A stretch of 32,000 nt of DNA from Fidelibacterota bacterium (GTDB taxonomy: Bacteria > Fidelibacterota > Marinisomatia > Marinisomatales > TCS56). Of this stretch, positions 8,490 to 17,977 are shown one piece after another. A model generated the notes under the pieces. It had not been told where the DNA came from. It did not search any database and saw nothing but the letters and a program-made list of their open reading frames with translations. Both the position numbers and the translations under genes were made by a program. Numbering within the stretch: position 1 is the first letter of the stretch; every line of letters starts with the position of its first letter. Location: assembly GCA_043822705.1 (NCBI GenBank), contig JBDRBK010000110.1, positions 1-32,000 on the forward strand, written 5' to 3'.

Positions 8490-9482
8490 TCAGGGAACTT
8501 CGATGGAATCAAACAGTCGCTGAATGATATCCTCGGAGGTCAATTCTTCGGCTTCCGCCTCGTAGGTCAGTATAATCCGGTGCCGCAGCACATCGGCCCC
8601 GATATAGCGCACATCCTCGGGAGTTATATAGCCACGGTGCTGCAGAAAAGCCCGCGCCTTGGCCGCCAGAATCAGATTGATCGAAGCCCGCGGCGAGGCG
8701 CCATAGGCGATCAGGTCACCGAGATCATTCAATTTATAATGCCGGGGATCGCGGGTGGCAAAAACCAGGTTCAGTACATAATTCTCGACTTTCTCGTCGA
8801 CATAAATTTCACTAATGGTTTTCTGGGCCTGAATAATCTGTTCCGGCGTGATGACCGGCTGAATTTCTGCGGGCTGTCCGGTCCGGGCGACTTGCCGAAT
8901 TATCTGGCGTTCTTCCTCGAAATTAGGGTAATCCACCTTCAGTTTCAGCATGAAACGGTCGACCTGCGCTTCCGGCAACGGATAAGTTCCTTCCTGTTCG
9001 ATCGGATTCTGCGTGGCCAGCACCAAGAACGGTTCATCCAGTTTGAAGGTGTTCTCGCCAATCGTGACCTGCCGTTCCTGCATCGCCTCCAGCAAGGCGC
9101 TCTGGACCTTGGCCGGGCTTCGATTGATTTCGTCTCCAAGGATAATATTGGCGAAAATCGGTCCCTTGCGGGTCTTGAAACCACCGGATTTCTGGTCGTA
9201 GATCAGGGTGCCGATCAAATCCGCCGGTAGCATATCGGGCGTGAACTGGATCCGTTGGAAGTGGGTGTTGATAGCCTGGGCCAGGGTCTTTACGGTCAAG
9301 GTTTTCGCCAGACCGGGAACCCCTTCCAGTAGAATGTGGCCGTTGGCCAGCAGGCTGATTATGATCTTGTCGATCAGTTCGGATTGGCCGACAATTACCT
9401 GCCGTAACGCTCGTTTAAGATCGTCGACAAAAGCCGATTCGCGGGCGATCCGCTCATTGATTTCGCTTAGACTGAATTCCAT
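8490..9482 (-). CDS. MoxR-family AAA+ ATPase
   Basis: 330 aa. Has Walker A LLEGVPGLAKT, Walker B ILGDEINR, and the typical MoxR tail YGASPRASINLILAAKARAFLQHRGYITPEDV. Confidence 0.9.
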   Translation of the reverse strand: MEFSLSEINERIARESAFVDDLKRALRQVIVGQSELIDKIIISLLANGHILLEGVPGLAKTLTVKTLAQAINTHFQRIQFTPDMLPADLIGTLIYDQKSGGFKTRKGPIFANIILGDEINRSPAKVQSALLEAMQERQVTIGENTFKLDEPFLVLATQNPIEQEGTYPLPEAQVDRFMLKLKVDYPNFEEERQIIRQVARTGQPAEIQPVITPEQIIQAQKTISEIYVDEKVENYVLNLVFATRDPRHYKLNDLGDLIAYGASPRASINLILAAKARAFLQHRGYITPEDVRYIGADVLRHRIILTYEAEAEELTSEDIIQRLFDSIEVP

Positions 9483-9512
9483 GATTCCCTAATACCAAAT
9501 GAAGGTGAATAA

Positions 9513-10004
9513 TCAGGAGGTAATATTTTTCAATACCTCGATTTCATTAATATCTTTGCCCAGATACTGTAGTTCAAACCTGACCGAAGGAGCCAGCTCG
9601 TGGTCCGGGAATTTCCCCAGAAATGCCTCATATTCGATCTTGGCTTTTTCAAATTGAGACAGAATGTTACTGTAAATATAACCGATCATGAACCGGGCAT
9701 GTGGTTCTTCAGGCGCATTGTCAAAATCATCGATCACCTTGCGGTATTCTTTGATCGCCTGTTCAAAATCACGCAGATCATTCATGTATATGTCACCGAT
9801 GATATACTGTGATTTAGTAACCAGATTATCGCCGCTGAAATGCTGAACCAGCAATTTAAGATCGTTGATGGCAAATTCTGTTTCCTTGGCCTGCCGATGT
9901 TTTTCCGCCCGGTTGAACAGTTCCATCGCCGTCTTGGGAATTTTTTCACCGCAGGCCGACAGCAACAGGATAACGACAGTAATAAGAATTAGTTTAACCT
10001 TCAT
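9513..10004 (-). CDS. Small TPR-repeat lipoprotein (BamD/YbgF-like helical repeats)
   Basis: 163 aa. Has a signal peptide with the canonical lipobox LLLSAC, followed by TPR-like repeats (AINDLKLLVQHFSG..., YIIGDIYMNDLRDFEQAIKEYRKVIDDF, ARFMIGYIYSN..FEKAKIEYEAFLGKFP). The BamD-like relationship is inference from architecture and from its position after the Omp85 gene. Confidence 0.6.
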   Translation of the reverse strand: MKVKLILITVVILLLSACGEKIPKTAMELFNRAEKHRQAKETEFAINDLKLLVQHFSGDNLVTKSQYIIGDIYMNDLRDFEQAIKEYRKVIDDFDNAPEEPHARFMIGYIYSNILSQFEKAKIEYEAFLGKFPDHELAPSVRFELQYLGKDINEIEVLKNITS

Positions 10005-10043
10005 GGTTCCCCTTTTTAGTAGCTTAAACAGTTATGCAATTTA

Positions 10044-10072
10044 TTTATCGGTGTTTTTGCCATTCAAGTCAA
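10044..10072 (-). promoter_or_regulatory. Candidate sigma-70-type promoter for TPR-lipoprotein/MoxR/DUF58 operon
   Basis: The minus strand reads TTGACT (10072..10067)-N17-GATAAA (10049..10044), in the 113-nt gap after the Omp85 gene. It is followed by AAAAGGGGAA (SD-like) just before the ATG at 10004. Confidence 0.3.
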
Positions 10073-10117
10073 TTCACACGGTGCTGTAGGCCCGGATCGC
10101 GTCCTTATCCTGTCAGA

Positions 10118-11944
10118 TTAAAACGCATATAGTACGCCCAGCAGCAGCATTCTGTTCCGCGTATTTTCCGTCTGAATGGCATAATCCACCCGAATCGGCC
10201 CCAATGGCGACTGCAACACCAGGCCAGCACCGGCATTCCACTGCATCTCACCCACCGACAGCGATTGAAATGAATCGGCCAGATACCCACCATCCATGAA
10301 TAATTCGCAGCCAATCTGCCGGTAGATTGGAATTCGCAGTTCCCAGTTGGTCATTATGCGGTAGGGCTTTCCTAACGGAATCGTATAGGCATCACCATCA
10401 CCGTCGATTAATTTTTCTTCCAGAAAGCGGAACGTATCCCAACCGCGCATGCTGGTACTGCCGCCCAGGTAGAATTTATCAAATTGCGGGTCGTCGTATT
10501 TAGTATCATCCCAGCCGTATATGAAACCGTATTTGACACGCCCGGCCAGGACTATCCGCCAAAACAGCGGCGTGTAGGTGGTCAAGCCCAGGTCAATTTT
10601 GATGAAATCACGATTGCCGCCGAGAATACCTCCGGCACTGGTCAGGTTCACCTGGGCAACCGATCCCTGGGTCGGGTTCAGCGGATTGTCGGAACCGTCG
10701 AGCCGGACATCGGCATTGATCGTCCGCTTTTCGATTTCAGTCGTGCTGGGGCTTTCGGGCTGCAGAAATTTTTCCCACTGCAAGCCGGTTCGCACGAAAG
10801 ACCGTTCCGATAGTCGGTATAAATAGGTCAGGTCAACACCGTACCGTTGGATTCGCGGATTATCTTCCAATGCAAAATCGGAGTAGGTTATGTAATATCC
10901 CGACAAACTGGTGGGCAACCTGAAACCCAGGAACCATTGCGATGAAAGTGTCATGGCGCTGGTGAATTTGATAAATTGCCACTGATTGATGGTTTCGATG
11001 ATCGGCAGATTGGCGGAGGTTTTGATACTGAACCGGCGCAACGATTCGAACAGGTTCCGATTGCGCCACTCAATATTTCCGCCGATACTGGGAAGTTCCT
11101 CGGCAACTTCCTTGTACTGAAAAGGATAAAAGCCGCCTTCGGAGATCAACTCCCGCGGTTTGAATTTGCGTAACTCGATTGTCAGATCCACGCGGCTATC
11201 AGAATCACTGACACGGGTCGGTACAATATTCACATAGGAAAATATACCAGTTTCCGTTATGCGCTTTTCGGTCTCGTCGACTAACTCCTGCTGGTACAAA
11301 CTGCCGGGATTGAAAACAACTTCACGTAATATATATTTTGCATCAATATTTTCATTTCCTCGTACAAGGATATCATTTATAAAAACATCGGGACCTTCCA
11401 CAATCTCGAGCACTAATTCGATAGTATCTTCAATTGACTCAAATACTTTAATATCAGTAAACAGCTTGCCGATTTTGGAATATTCTCCCTCCAGCAGACT
11501 CATCCTGGTATTCAAACCAATCGGGTTATAGGATCGGCCCGTTTCCAGATCCAACGTCTTTAATATTTTTTTTGTCAACAACGATTGATTGCCGTTCACT
11601 ACCACCGATCCCAATATAGTCCGGGGTCCCTCATTGACCCGGAAAAACAAATCCACTGTGTTGTCTTCGCGCAGGGCAAAAGAATCAGTGACGGAGGCCG
11701 TCAGGAATCCACGGGAAATGTAATAGTTCTTCAGGATAATTGCGTCCAGTCGCAGAATCCGACGGTCGAAGTCGGATTTGGTGATCAGCCGCGGCTCCTT
11801 AAGCCGCAAAATCGATCGCAATTCACGATCCTTGATGGCAGTGTTGCCGGAAATATCAATTCGGTTGACCGTAATTGTGGTATTATCGGCACAAAACAAC
11901 GTACCGGTGAGCAGCAGTATTGAAAAGAAATTGTTATTTGACAT
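10118..11944 (-). CDS. Omp85-family outer membrane protein, BamA/TamA-like (about 3 POTRA + beta-barrel)
   Basis: 608 aa. The N-terminal signal peptide is followed by POTRA-like repeats (INRIDISGNTAIKDRELRSIL..., VVVNGNQSLLTKKILKTL..., ILVRGNENIDAKYILREV...). The C-terminal barrel has the FYLGGSTSMRGW motif and a terminal aromatic residue (..LLGVLYAF). Lies 4 nt downstream of the tamB-like gene. Confidence 0.8.
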   Translation of the reverse strand: MSNNNFFSILLLTGTLFCADNTTITVNRIDISGNTAIKDRELRSILRLKEPRLITKSDFDRRILRLDAIILKNYYISRGFLTASVTDSFALREDNTVDLFFRVNEGPRTILGSVVVNGNQSLLTKKILKTLDLETGRSYNPIGLNTRMSLLEGEYSKIGKLFTDIKVFESIEDTIELVLEIVEGPDVFINDILVRGNENIDAKYILREVVFNPGSLYQQELVDETEKRITETGIFSYVNIVPTRVSDSDSRVDLTIELRKFKPRELISEGGFYPFQYKEVAEELPSIGGNIEWRNRNLFESLRRFSIKTSANLPIIETINQWQFIKFTSAMTLSSQWFLGFRLPTSLSGYYITYSDFALEDNPRIQRYGVDLTYLYRLSERSFVRTGLQWEKFLQPESPSTTEIEKRTINADVRLDGSDNPLNPTQGSVAQVNLTSAGGILGGNRDFIKIDLGLTTYTPLFWRIVLAGRVKYGFIYGWDDTKYDDPQFDKFYLGGSTSMRGWDTFRFLEEKLIDGDGDAYTIPLGKPYRIMTNWELRIPIYRQIGCELFMDGGYLADSFQSLSVGEMQWNAGAGLVLQSPLGPIRVDYAIQTENTRNRMLLLGVLYAF

Positions 11945-11948
11945 TTAC

Positions 11949-14900
11949 TCAGTAAGAATAGCGGAGGCGGTATTTTACCTGCAGATTTCCTGTTTCATCA
12001 TAATTACCAACCAGGGAAAGATAACGATTTAATTTATATTCCACACCAACTAATTGCTGGTCCGGATTAGTTAAACCAAAGGACCGCCGATAGGAATAAG
12101 TATAATTCAAAGCAAGTTTATTGGACAATTGCTTCTGGGCGGTGATTTTGGTAACATCCTCTGTCGTACCGTTACCAATGGCAGCCTGACTGGTGGTTCT
12201 GATATCGACTTCATCGATGATACCAAGCTGACGGGTCACCTGCAGCAGATTCTTTTCTAATTGCTGGCCGAACCAGGCACTTAATATTGACGACGGCAAC
12301 TGCCCAAAACCGGTGCTGGCGAAATCATAATCCTCAATTCGTCTGCGCAGAGTCAGCAATTGCAGTATGTCACTTTGCGACAAAGTTGGATCCGATTCGA
12401 AGGTCAATGTGGGATTATCGAGTTTGCCGGTTAATTGAACATTGATTCTGTAAATATCAATATTAGTATAGGCAGCAATGTCCATTGTCGGATTGAATCC
12501 GCGGCCATCAAAGATCATCGAGCTGCCTTCAATGATGGTAAAGACATCGCCGGTATAATAGAATTTGCCGCCACGCACGAATAATTCACCGGCATAATCC
12601 GCATCTTCCTCTCCATACTGTACCAGACTCAGTTCACCGGACAGATCAGCATCTAACTGCGTATTCACCAGTTTGAAATCACCGGTAATCGGGAAGGTCA
12701 ATTTATAGACCGTCACGATTGAACCGGGCTGGTGGGTTGATTCGTCGATTTCAGACGATGAGAATTCTTGTTTCATTTCCACATTAAGGGGCGTGATACG
12801 ACCGGAATAGGTAATTATTTCCCGACCGGTCATGGTCAAATCAGCGTCGACCAGGCCTTCAATATCGCCTAAAAGAGTGCGGATGTAGGCATTGCTGGCC
12901 TTGAGATTCAGATCGAAATGCGGTTTGAAAAACCGGGTCAGATCCATCCCGCCTGAAATTGTCAGGTTCTGCTTGGTTGATTTCTTCTGGGCCGTCAACG
13001 CGGCCCGTAAATTCGATCTGCGGTTAAAATCCGCCGATGGAGGCAACGCGCCTCTGAACCGATCAATTTTCAGTTGATTGTCCGTGATTGTCAGACCTGC
13101 GGAAATATTTTCGATTGTATTATCAAGTAAAACAGTGTAAACCCTTCCATTCTCAACAGTCATCTGTCCATTGCGTAGAATTTTTTCCGGTACGCCGGAC
13201 AAAGTCAGCCGGATATCAAAATTCCCTTTCAGAGAATCGGCGGCATCAAGGTAATTGCTTAAAAATACCAGGTCTTCGGTAATGGCAGCCACATCCAGAT
13301 ACAATGAGTCGCCCTGGACCATTCGCCCGAATCTGGAAGAGGCAATATTAAAATCCATCGGGAGATAACCATTGGCCGAAATACTGTTACCACGATATTT
13401 CGACTGTAACTGGTGGAAATCGACTCGTTGTTCGCTGTAGCTTCCTCGACCGCTGACGGTACCCAATGGGATAATATCAAAAATGGCATCGGCGATTGTC
13501 AGATTAAAGTCGAACTCCGTGTCCGAAGTGCTGCCGCTTAAATTGAAATCACCGGATATTTTACCTCCCAGATAGAAAAATTCCGGCATGAACTGATGAA
13601 TGATGGCAAAATCCACTGAGCGTAATTGTGAGAATAGTTCAATCGGAACCGACTGCGTAAGCTTTGATCCCAAAGGTATTACACCACTAAGCTGGATGCC
13701 TACATCATTACCGTGGGTCAATGTGAATTCCTCAAAATGGATAATGCTGTCGGCCAATACAGCGGAAACGACTAGATCGTCAAATTGCTGGTTTAAAATT
13801 CCGCCATTTTTAACGGAGAGTTCAATTTCGACAACCTCCTCGCCGGCCAGTCCCGACATTGTAACCTCGCCGAATAAAAGACCGCTCAATCCAAGAAATC
13901 CCTTGGGGGTGTGTTCGAGTACCGCATCGGAATCAAAATTCGAAAAGCGCATGCGACCTTCCCGGTAATCAGCGGAACTGAAAAATCCTTCCAGGATACC
14001 GTCATCAATATGGACCACAAACGGTTTCAGGTTAAAACTATTTTCGGTCCAACCAATATCGATCGGATGGGTGCTGACGAAATAATGCTGATTGTAGGCC
14101 ATTTGGAATTGATCGAGGTGCAGCGCACCAGAAGGATCAATATTTCCGTTCATCTGAATAAAGTTAGCCTGATCCTTGAGGTGAGCGCTGTTGATTTTAA
14201 TCAGTTTATCCTGCAGGGAAATATCGAAGAATCCCTCTTTAAACGAGTATTGGCGCCAGTTGCCGTTAGCAACATCCAGGGTCACCGTGCCGGCAATATC
14301 CACCGGTGTACCACGTAACGTCGATAAAAGATTAACCTGTTCAAGTCTGATTCCCTGATAATCAAGGTTCCGGATCACCAGATTGGCATTGACCAGCGGT
14401 GTTCTTATTGATCCTTCCTGTTTGAGATTGCCGGAGATCGTTCCCCCATTCAGGTTGATTTTACCGATTCCGTTTCCAAGCGTCAGATCAATATTGGTCA
14501 AATCAGCCCTGATTTCGGATTTCTTGGCTTGCCAATCCAGCCATCCATCTATAACAATATTTCCAGTATCCAGGGATATGCTGACCGGATTATCCACACT
14601 GATTAATCCATCGCGAATCAGCAGCGTACCCGACGCGGTCAGCGATTTGTCCGGAATCAGTACCGTATCCTGTAATTCCAGAGATATCCACACCGCGGGC
14701 CGGACCAGTCCCGGGGCCGTCATTTCCACCAGCACAATTCCATTCTGATTGGTCTTCGGAGCCTGTTTGATAAACCGGCTGATATCAAATCCGTGCAATT
14801 CTACACGTCCGCCGATTCGTCCATCGGGTTCCACGATTCCCCTACCAATCACCCGTGAAACACCCGCTGCTAATTCGATCCTTTCGATCTGGTAGGAATC

Positions 14901-15800
14901 AGCAATTCCGGTGATAATAGCATCGCCCCTGATCGAATCTTCGCCGGCAAAGACGATAAACCGGCCAGTATGGCGCTTCAAATCGGAGTCGAAATGCAGA
15001 CTGATATCCACTGTATCCCATTGAGCCCACAACATTGTTTTTAAAGTACTGTCTGCCGACCAGCAATAATTCTCCAGGTTCAAATTGCCCGACAATGAAA
15101 TTTCCGGACTGAACCGCGCTACCAGATCGCCGGAAAAATCCTGTTCATTAAGTGTCCCAATAAATGATTTTATTATCAATTCCTCAGGGAATAATTGGAA
15201 TCCGGAATCAGTCAATGTGAAATTGCGCCGATTATCCGAATCGCGGTAGCGGAAGTGCTGGGCGAAAACGAATGATCCATTAGGCCGGTACCGGATACGT
15301 CCCGAGAAGCCAATTTCACCGGTTTCCCGGGAACGATTTTTCAACTGCCAGTCGATCATTCCGGATACGGTAAAATTCTTGATGTAAATATCCACATTAA
15401 GCAGCGAATCAGTCGAAAATACCGGACGTTCAGTTGGCAATCTTTCAACGGTGTCAAGATACACCGCCGTAAAATCTTCTACTGTCACTTTTCTGAAGTT
15501 GTACTCACCATATAACCATGGAATCGGATTAATATTAAAACTCATCCGGGGAGCGGCAAAGACCTGTGATGAATCGCGGTTGTAGTATAAAAAATCAGTA
15601 ATGACCGTTTCCGTCAATAAATGACCGTTGATACTGCCGTAGCGGATCGTCCACTCGCCCTGCGCATTCAAAAGCTCATCGATGTGGGCGGCAATGTAAT
15701 CGGACCAGACTGCCGGAGTCAAAATAACGAACAGTCCGATCGTGATCAACGCGATCAGGACAATCAGTGACAGGATGATATTTTTAAGATACCTTTTCAT
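11949..15800 (-). CDS. tamB: Translocation and assembly module protein TamB-like (AsmA-like superfamily, DUF490 C-terminus)
   Basis: 1283 aa. Has a single N-terminal TM anchor (IILSLIVLIALITIGLFVIL), then a long beta-rich body with repetitive amphipathic strands. The C-terminus ...LALNYTYSYRRSFGL...VGVEYKLNRYLSLVGNYDETGNLQVKYRLRYSY is typical of the TamB DUF490 domain. Confidence 0.8.
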   Translation of the reverse strand: MKRYLKNIILSLIVLIALITIGLFVILTPAVWSDYIAAHIDELLNAQGEWTIRYGSINGHLLTETVITDFLYYNRDSSQVFAAPRMSFNINPIPWLYGEYNFRKVTVEDFTAVYLDTVERLPTERPVFSTDSLLNVDIYIKNFTVSGMIDWQLKNRSRETGEIGFSGRIRYRPNGSFVFAQHFRYRDSDNRRNFTLTDSGFQLFPEELIIKSFIGTLNEQDFSGDLVARFSPEISLSGNLNLENYCWSADSTLKTMLWAQWDTVDISLHFDSDLKRHTGRFIVFAGEDSIRGDAIITGIADSYQIERIELAAGVSRVIGRGIVEPDGRIGGRVELHGFDISRFIKQAPKTNQNGIVLVEMTAPGLVRPAVWISLELQDTVLIPDKSLTASGTLLIRDGLISVDNPVSISLDTGNIVIDGWLDWQAKKSEIRADLTNIDLTLGNGIGKINLNGGTISGNLKQEGSIRTPLVNANLVIRNLDYQGIRLEQVNLLSTLRGTPVDIAGTVTLDVANGNWRQYSFKEGFFDISLQDKLIKINSAHLKDQANFIQMNGNIDPSGALHLDQFQMAYNQHYFVSTHPIDIGWTENSFNLKPFVVHIDDGILEGFFSSADYREGRMRFSNFDSDAVLEHTPKGFLGLSGLLFGEVTMSGLAGEEVVEIELSVKNGGILNQQFDDLVVSAVLADSIIHFEEFTLTHGNDVGIQLSGVIPLGSKLTQSVPIELFSQLRSVDFAIIHQFMPEFFYLGGKISGDFNLSGSTSDTEFDFNLTIADAIFDIIPLGTVSGRGSYSEQRVDFHQLQSKYRGNSISANGYLPMDFNIASSRFGRMVQGDSLYLDVAAITEDLVFLSNYLDAADSLKGNFDIRLTLSGVPEKILRNGQMTVENGRVYTVLLDNTIENISAGLTITDNQLKIDRFRGALPPSADFNRRSNLRAALTAQKKSTKQNLTISGGMDLTRFFKPHFDLNLKASNAYIRTLLGDIEGLVDADLTMTGREIITYSGRITPLNVEMKQEFSSSEIDESTHQPGSIVTVYKLTFPITGDFKLVNTQLDADLSGELSLVQYGEEDADYAGELFVRGGKFYYTGDVFTIIEGSSMIFDGRGFNPTMDIAAYTNIDIYRINVQLTGKLDNPTLTFESDPTLSQSDILQLLTLRRRIEDYDFASTGFGQLPSSILSAWFGQQLEKNLLQVTRQLGIIDEVDIRTTSQAAIGNGTTEDVTKITAQKQLSNKLALNYTYSYRRSFGLTNPDQQLVGVEYKLNRYLSLVGNYDETGNLQVKYRLRYSY

Positions 15801-15817
15801 TAGTTACTAAACTAATG

Positions 15818-15846
15818 AATATAACTGTGCCTGGTTCCAAATACAA
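15818..15846 (-). promoter_or_regulatory. Candidate sigma-70-type promoter for tamB operon
   Basis: The minus strand reads TTGTAT-N17-TATATT, immediately after the dnaK terminator and about 18 nt upstream of the tamB ATG. The -35 is weak and no SD is present. Based on the pattern only. Confidence 0.25.
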
Positions 15847-15875
15847 AAAAAGCGGGATCGCGCCCGCTTTTTTTG
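15845..15875 (-). terminator. Rho-independent (bidirectional-type) terminator downstream of dnaK
   Basis: The minus-strand RNA reads AAAAAAA-AGCGGG-cgcgau-CCCGCU-UUUUUUUG. The perfect 6-bp stem spans 15851..15856 / 15863..15868, flanked by an A-run and a 7-U run. It begins about 18 nt after the dnaK stop. Confidence 0.75.
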
Positions 15876-15892
15876 TCGGTCAAATAAAAATA

Positions 15893-17800
15893 TCAATTAA
15901 CTACTTCGAAATCGGCATCTTCAATCTCGCCGTCATCCTTGCCGGACTTTTTATCCTTGGATGGCCCGGCCGTCGGTTCGCCCTGAGGCGGGGCTTGTTC
16001 TTTGGCGGCATCGTACATTTTTGCCGATAATTCATTCCAGGTTTTAGTTAATGCCTCCAAAGCCGATTTGATGTCACTGCTGTTTGAGCCGGCCGCGGCC
16101 TTTTTCAAGGCCTCTACCTTTTCCTGCAGTTTCTGTTTGCCATCATCGTCCAGCTTATCACCGAATTCCTCGATATTCTTCTCGGTCTGATAAACCATTT
16201 GATCGGCCTGATTACGCAAATCAATTTCCTCGCGCTTGGCCTTGTCCTCGGCTTCATGATTTTTGGCATCATTGACCATTTTTCCGATTTCAGACTCATT
16301 CAATCCGCTGGATGCCTCAATCCGGATACTCTGCTCCTTGCTGGTGGCTTTATCCTTGGCGGTCACATTCAGAATCCCGTTGGCATCAATGTCAAAGGTC
16401 ACTTCGATCTGCGGAATACCGCGTGGTGCCGGTGGAAGCCCGTCCAGATGGAAACGACCGATCGTTTTGTTGTCATTGGCCATTTCCCGTTCGCCCTGCA
16501 GGACATGAATCTCAACCGTGGTCTGACTGTCGGCGGCGGTACTGAACACCTGGGATTTTTTCGTCGGAATCGTTGTGTTCCGCTCGATTAATTTGGTGCA
16601 TACACCACCGAGAGTCTCGATACCCAGTGACAATGGCGTCACATCCAGCAGCAGGATATCATCCACCTCGCCGGCCAGTACGCCACCCTGAATAGCCGCA
16701 CCCAGTGCCACAACTTCATCGGGATTGACGCTGCGGTTCGGTTCCTTACCAAATATTTCCTTGACTTTATCCTGGACCATGGGAATTCTGGTGGAGCCCC
16801 CGACCAGAATCACCTCATCGATTTCCGCAGCCGACAGACCGGCATCCTTCATTGCGCGAAGACAGGGTTGAACCGTTCGCTCGACCAGGTGACGTACCAA
16901 TTCTTCAAATTTCGCCCTGGTAAGGCTCAAATTCAGATGTTTTGGCCCGGAAGCATCGGCCGTGATGAACGGCAAATTGATTTCAGTCTGCTTGGAACTG
17001 GACAACTCCTTCTTGGCATTTTCACCGGATTCCTTCAAGCGTTGCAATGCCATAGGATCTTTCCGCAGATCAATTCCGTCGCTCTTGAGAAACTCACCGG
17101 CGATCCAGTCGATCAAAACCTGGTCGAAATCATCGCCGCCGAGATGAGTATCGCCATTGGTTGATTTTACCTCGAACACCCCATCACCCAATTCCAGGAC
17201 GGAAATATCAAAGGTACCGCCACCCAGGTCAAACACAGCAATTTTTTCATCTTTTTTCTTGTCGAGACCATAACTCAAAGCAGCGGCGGTTGGTTCATTA
17301 ATGATCCGGCGGACATTCAACCCGGCTATTTTTCCCGCATCCTTGGTTGCCTGACGCTGAGAATCGTTAAAATAAGCCGGAACGGTAATAACGGCATCGG
17401 TGATCTTGGACCCAAGATGCTCTTCCGCCATCTGTTTCAATTTCTGGAGAATCATGGCACTGATCTCCGGTGGCGTGTACTTTTTGTCACCAACTTCCAC
17501 GACAACCCCGGATCCGGATTGCTTGCCGACTTTATAAGGCACTTCCTTGATTTCCGTGCCCACTTCATCGTAAATCCGTCCCATGAACCGTTTAATGGAA
17601 AAGATCGTGTTGTGCGAATTGGTTACCGCCTGCCGCTTGGCCGGCTGGCCTATCAGGCGTTCGCCATTTTTCGTAAAAGCAACTACCGACGGCAGCGTCC
17701 GACCGCCTTCGGGATTGGTGATAATCGTTGGTTCGCCACCTTCCAGAACCGCCACACAGGAATTCGTCGTACCGAGGTCGATTCCAATAATTTTACCCAT
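15893..17800 (-). CDS. dnaK: Molecular chaperone DnaK (Hsp70)
   Basis: 635 aa. Contains [25 protein letters not shown] and [14 protein letters not shown]. An AGGAG SD lies about 10 nt upstream of the ATG. Confidence 0.97.
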   Translation of the reverse strand: MGKIIGIDLGTTNSCVAVLEGGEPTIITNPEGGRTLPSVVAFTKNGERLIGQPAKRQAVTNSHNTIFSIKRFMGRIYDEVGTEIKEVPYKVGKQSGSGVVVEVGDKKYTPPEISAMILQKLKQMAEEHLGSKITDAVITVPAYFNDSQRQATKDAGKIAGLNVRRIINEPTAAALSYGLDKKKDEKIAVFDLGGGTFDISVLELGDGVFEVKSTNGDTHLGGDDFDQVLIDWIAGEFLKSDGIDLRKDPMALQRLKESGENAKKELSSSKQTEINLPFITADASGPKHLNLSLTRAKFEELVRHLVERTVQPCLRAMKDAGLSAAEIDEVILVGGSTRIPMVQDKVKEIFGKEPNRSVNPDEVVALGAAIQGGVLAGEVDDILLLDVTPLSLGIETLGGVCTKLIERNTTIPTKKSQVFSTAADSQTTVEIHVLQGEREMANDNKTIGRFHLDGLPPAPRGIPQIEVTFDIDANGILNVTAKDKATSKEQSIRIEASSGLNESEIGKMVNDAKNHEAEDKAKREEIDLRNQADQMVYQTEKNIEEFGDKLDDDGKQKLQEKVEALKKAAAGSNSSDIKSALEALTKTWNELSAKMYDAAKEQAPPQGEPTAGPSKDKKSGKDDGEIEDADFEVVN

Positions 17801-17977
17801 TTTTCTAATCTCCTAATTCCGATTTAATAAAATTTATAATCAGGCGAACAATAAACGTGCCGTCGGAGATACTAAGTCCTTTTGGCAGAAAAACAGGATT
17901 AAACAATATATGTGGCAGAAACCGTCATCTGGAAATTGACAGTCTGCCGGAGCTTGGCCACCGGCCTTGTTGATCGA

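Noticed and set aside
8061-9230. A 389-aa plus-strand ORF spanning the DUF58 and MoxR genes and the gap between them.
   Set aside because: It is codon-aligned antisense to both minus-strand genes; their codon boundaries and the ORF start all fall on coordinates divisible by 3. Stops in this frame can only arise from sense TTA/CTA/TCA codons, which these genes evidently avoid. The product is low-complexity with no recognisable motifs, while both sense genes have unambiguous family signatures. It is a shadow ORF.
17883-17921. Two plus-strand TGGCAG hexamers considered as sigma-54 -24 elements.
   Set aside because: There is no GC (-12) element at the required spacing. They also face the 3' end of clpC on the non-coding strand. 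They are retained only as a phased repeat observation in the dnaK leader.
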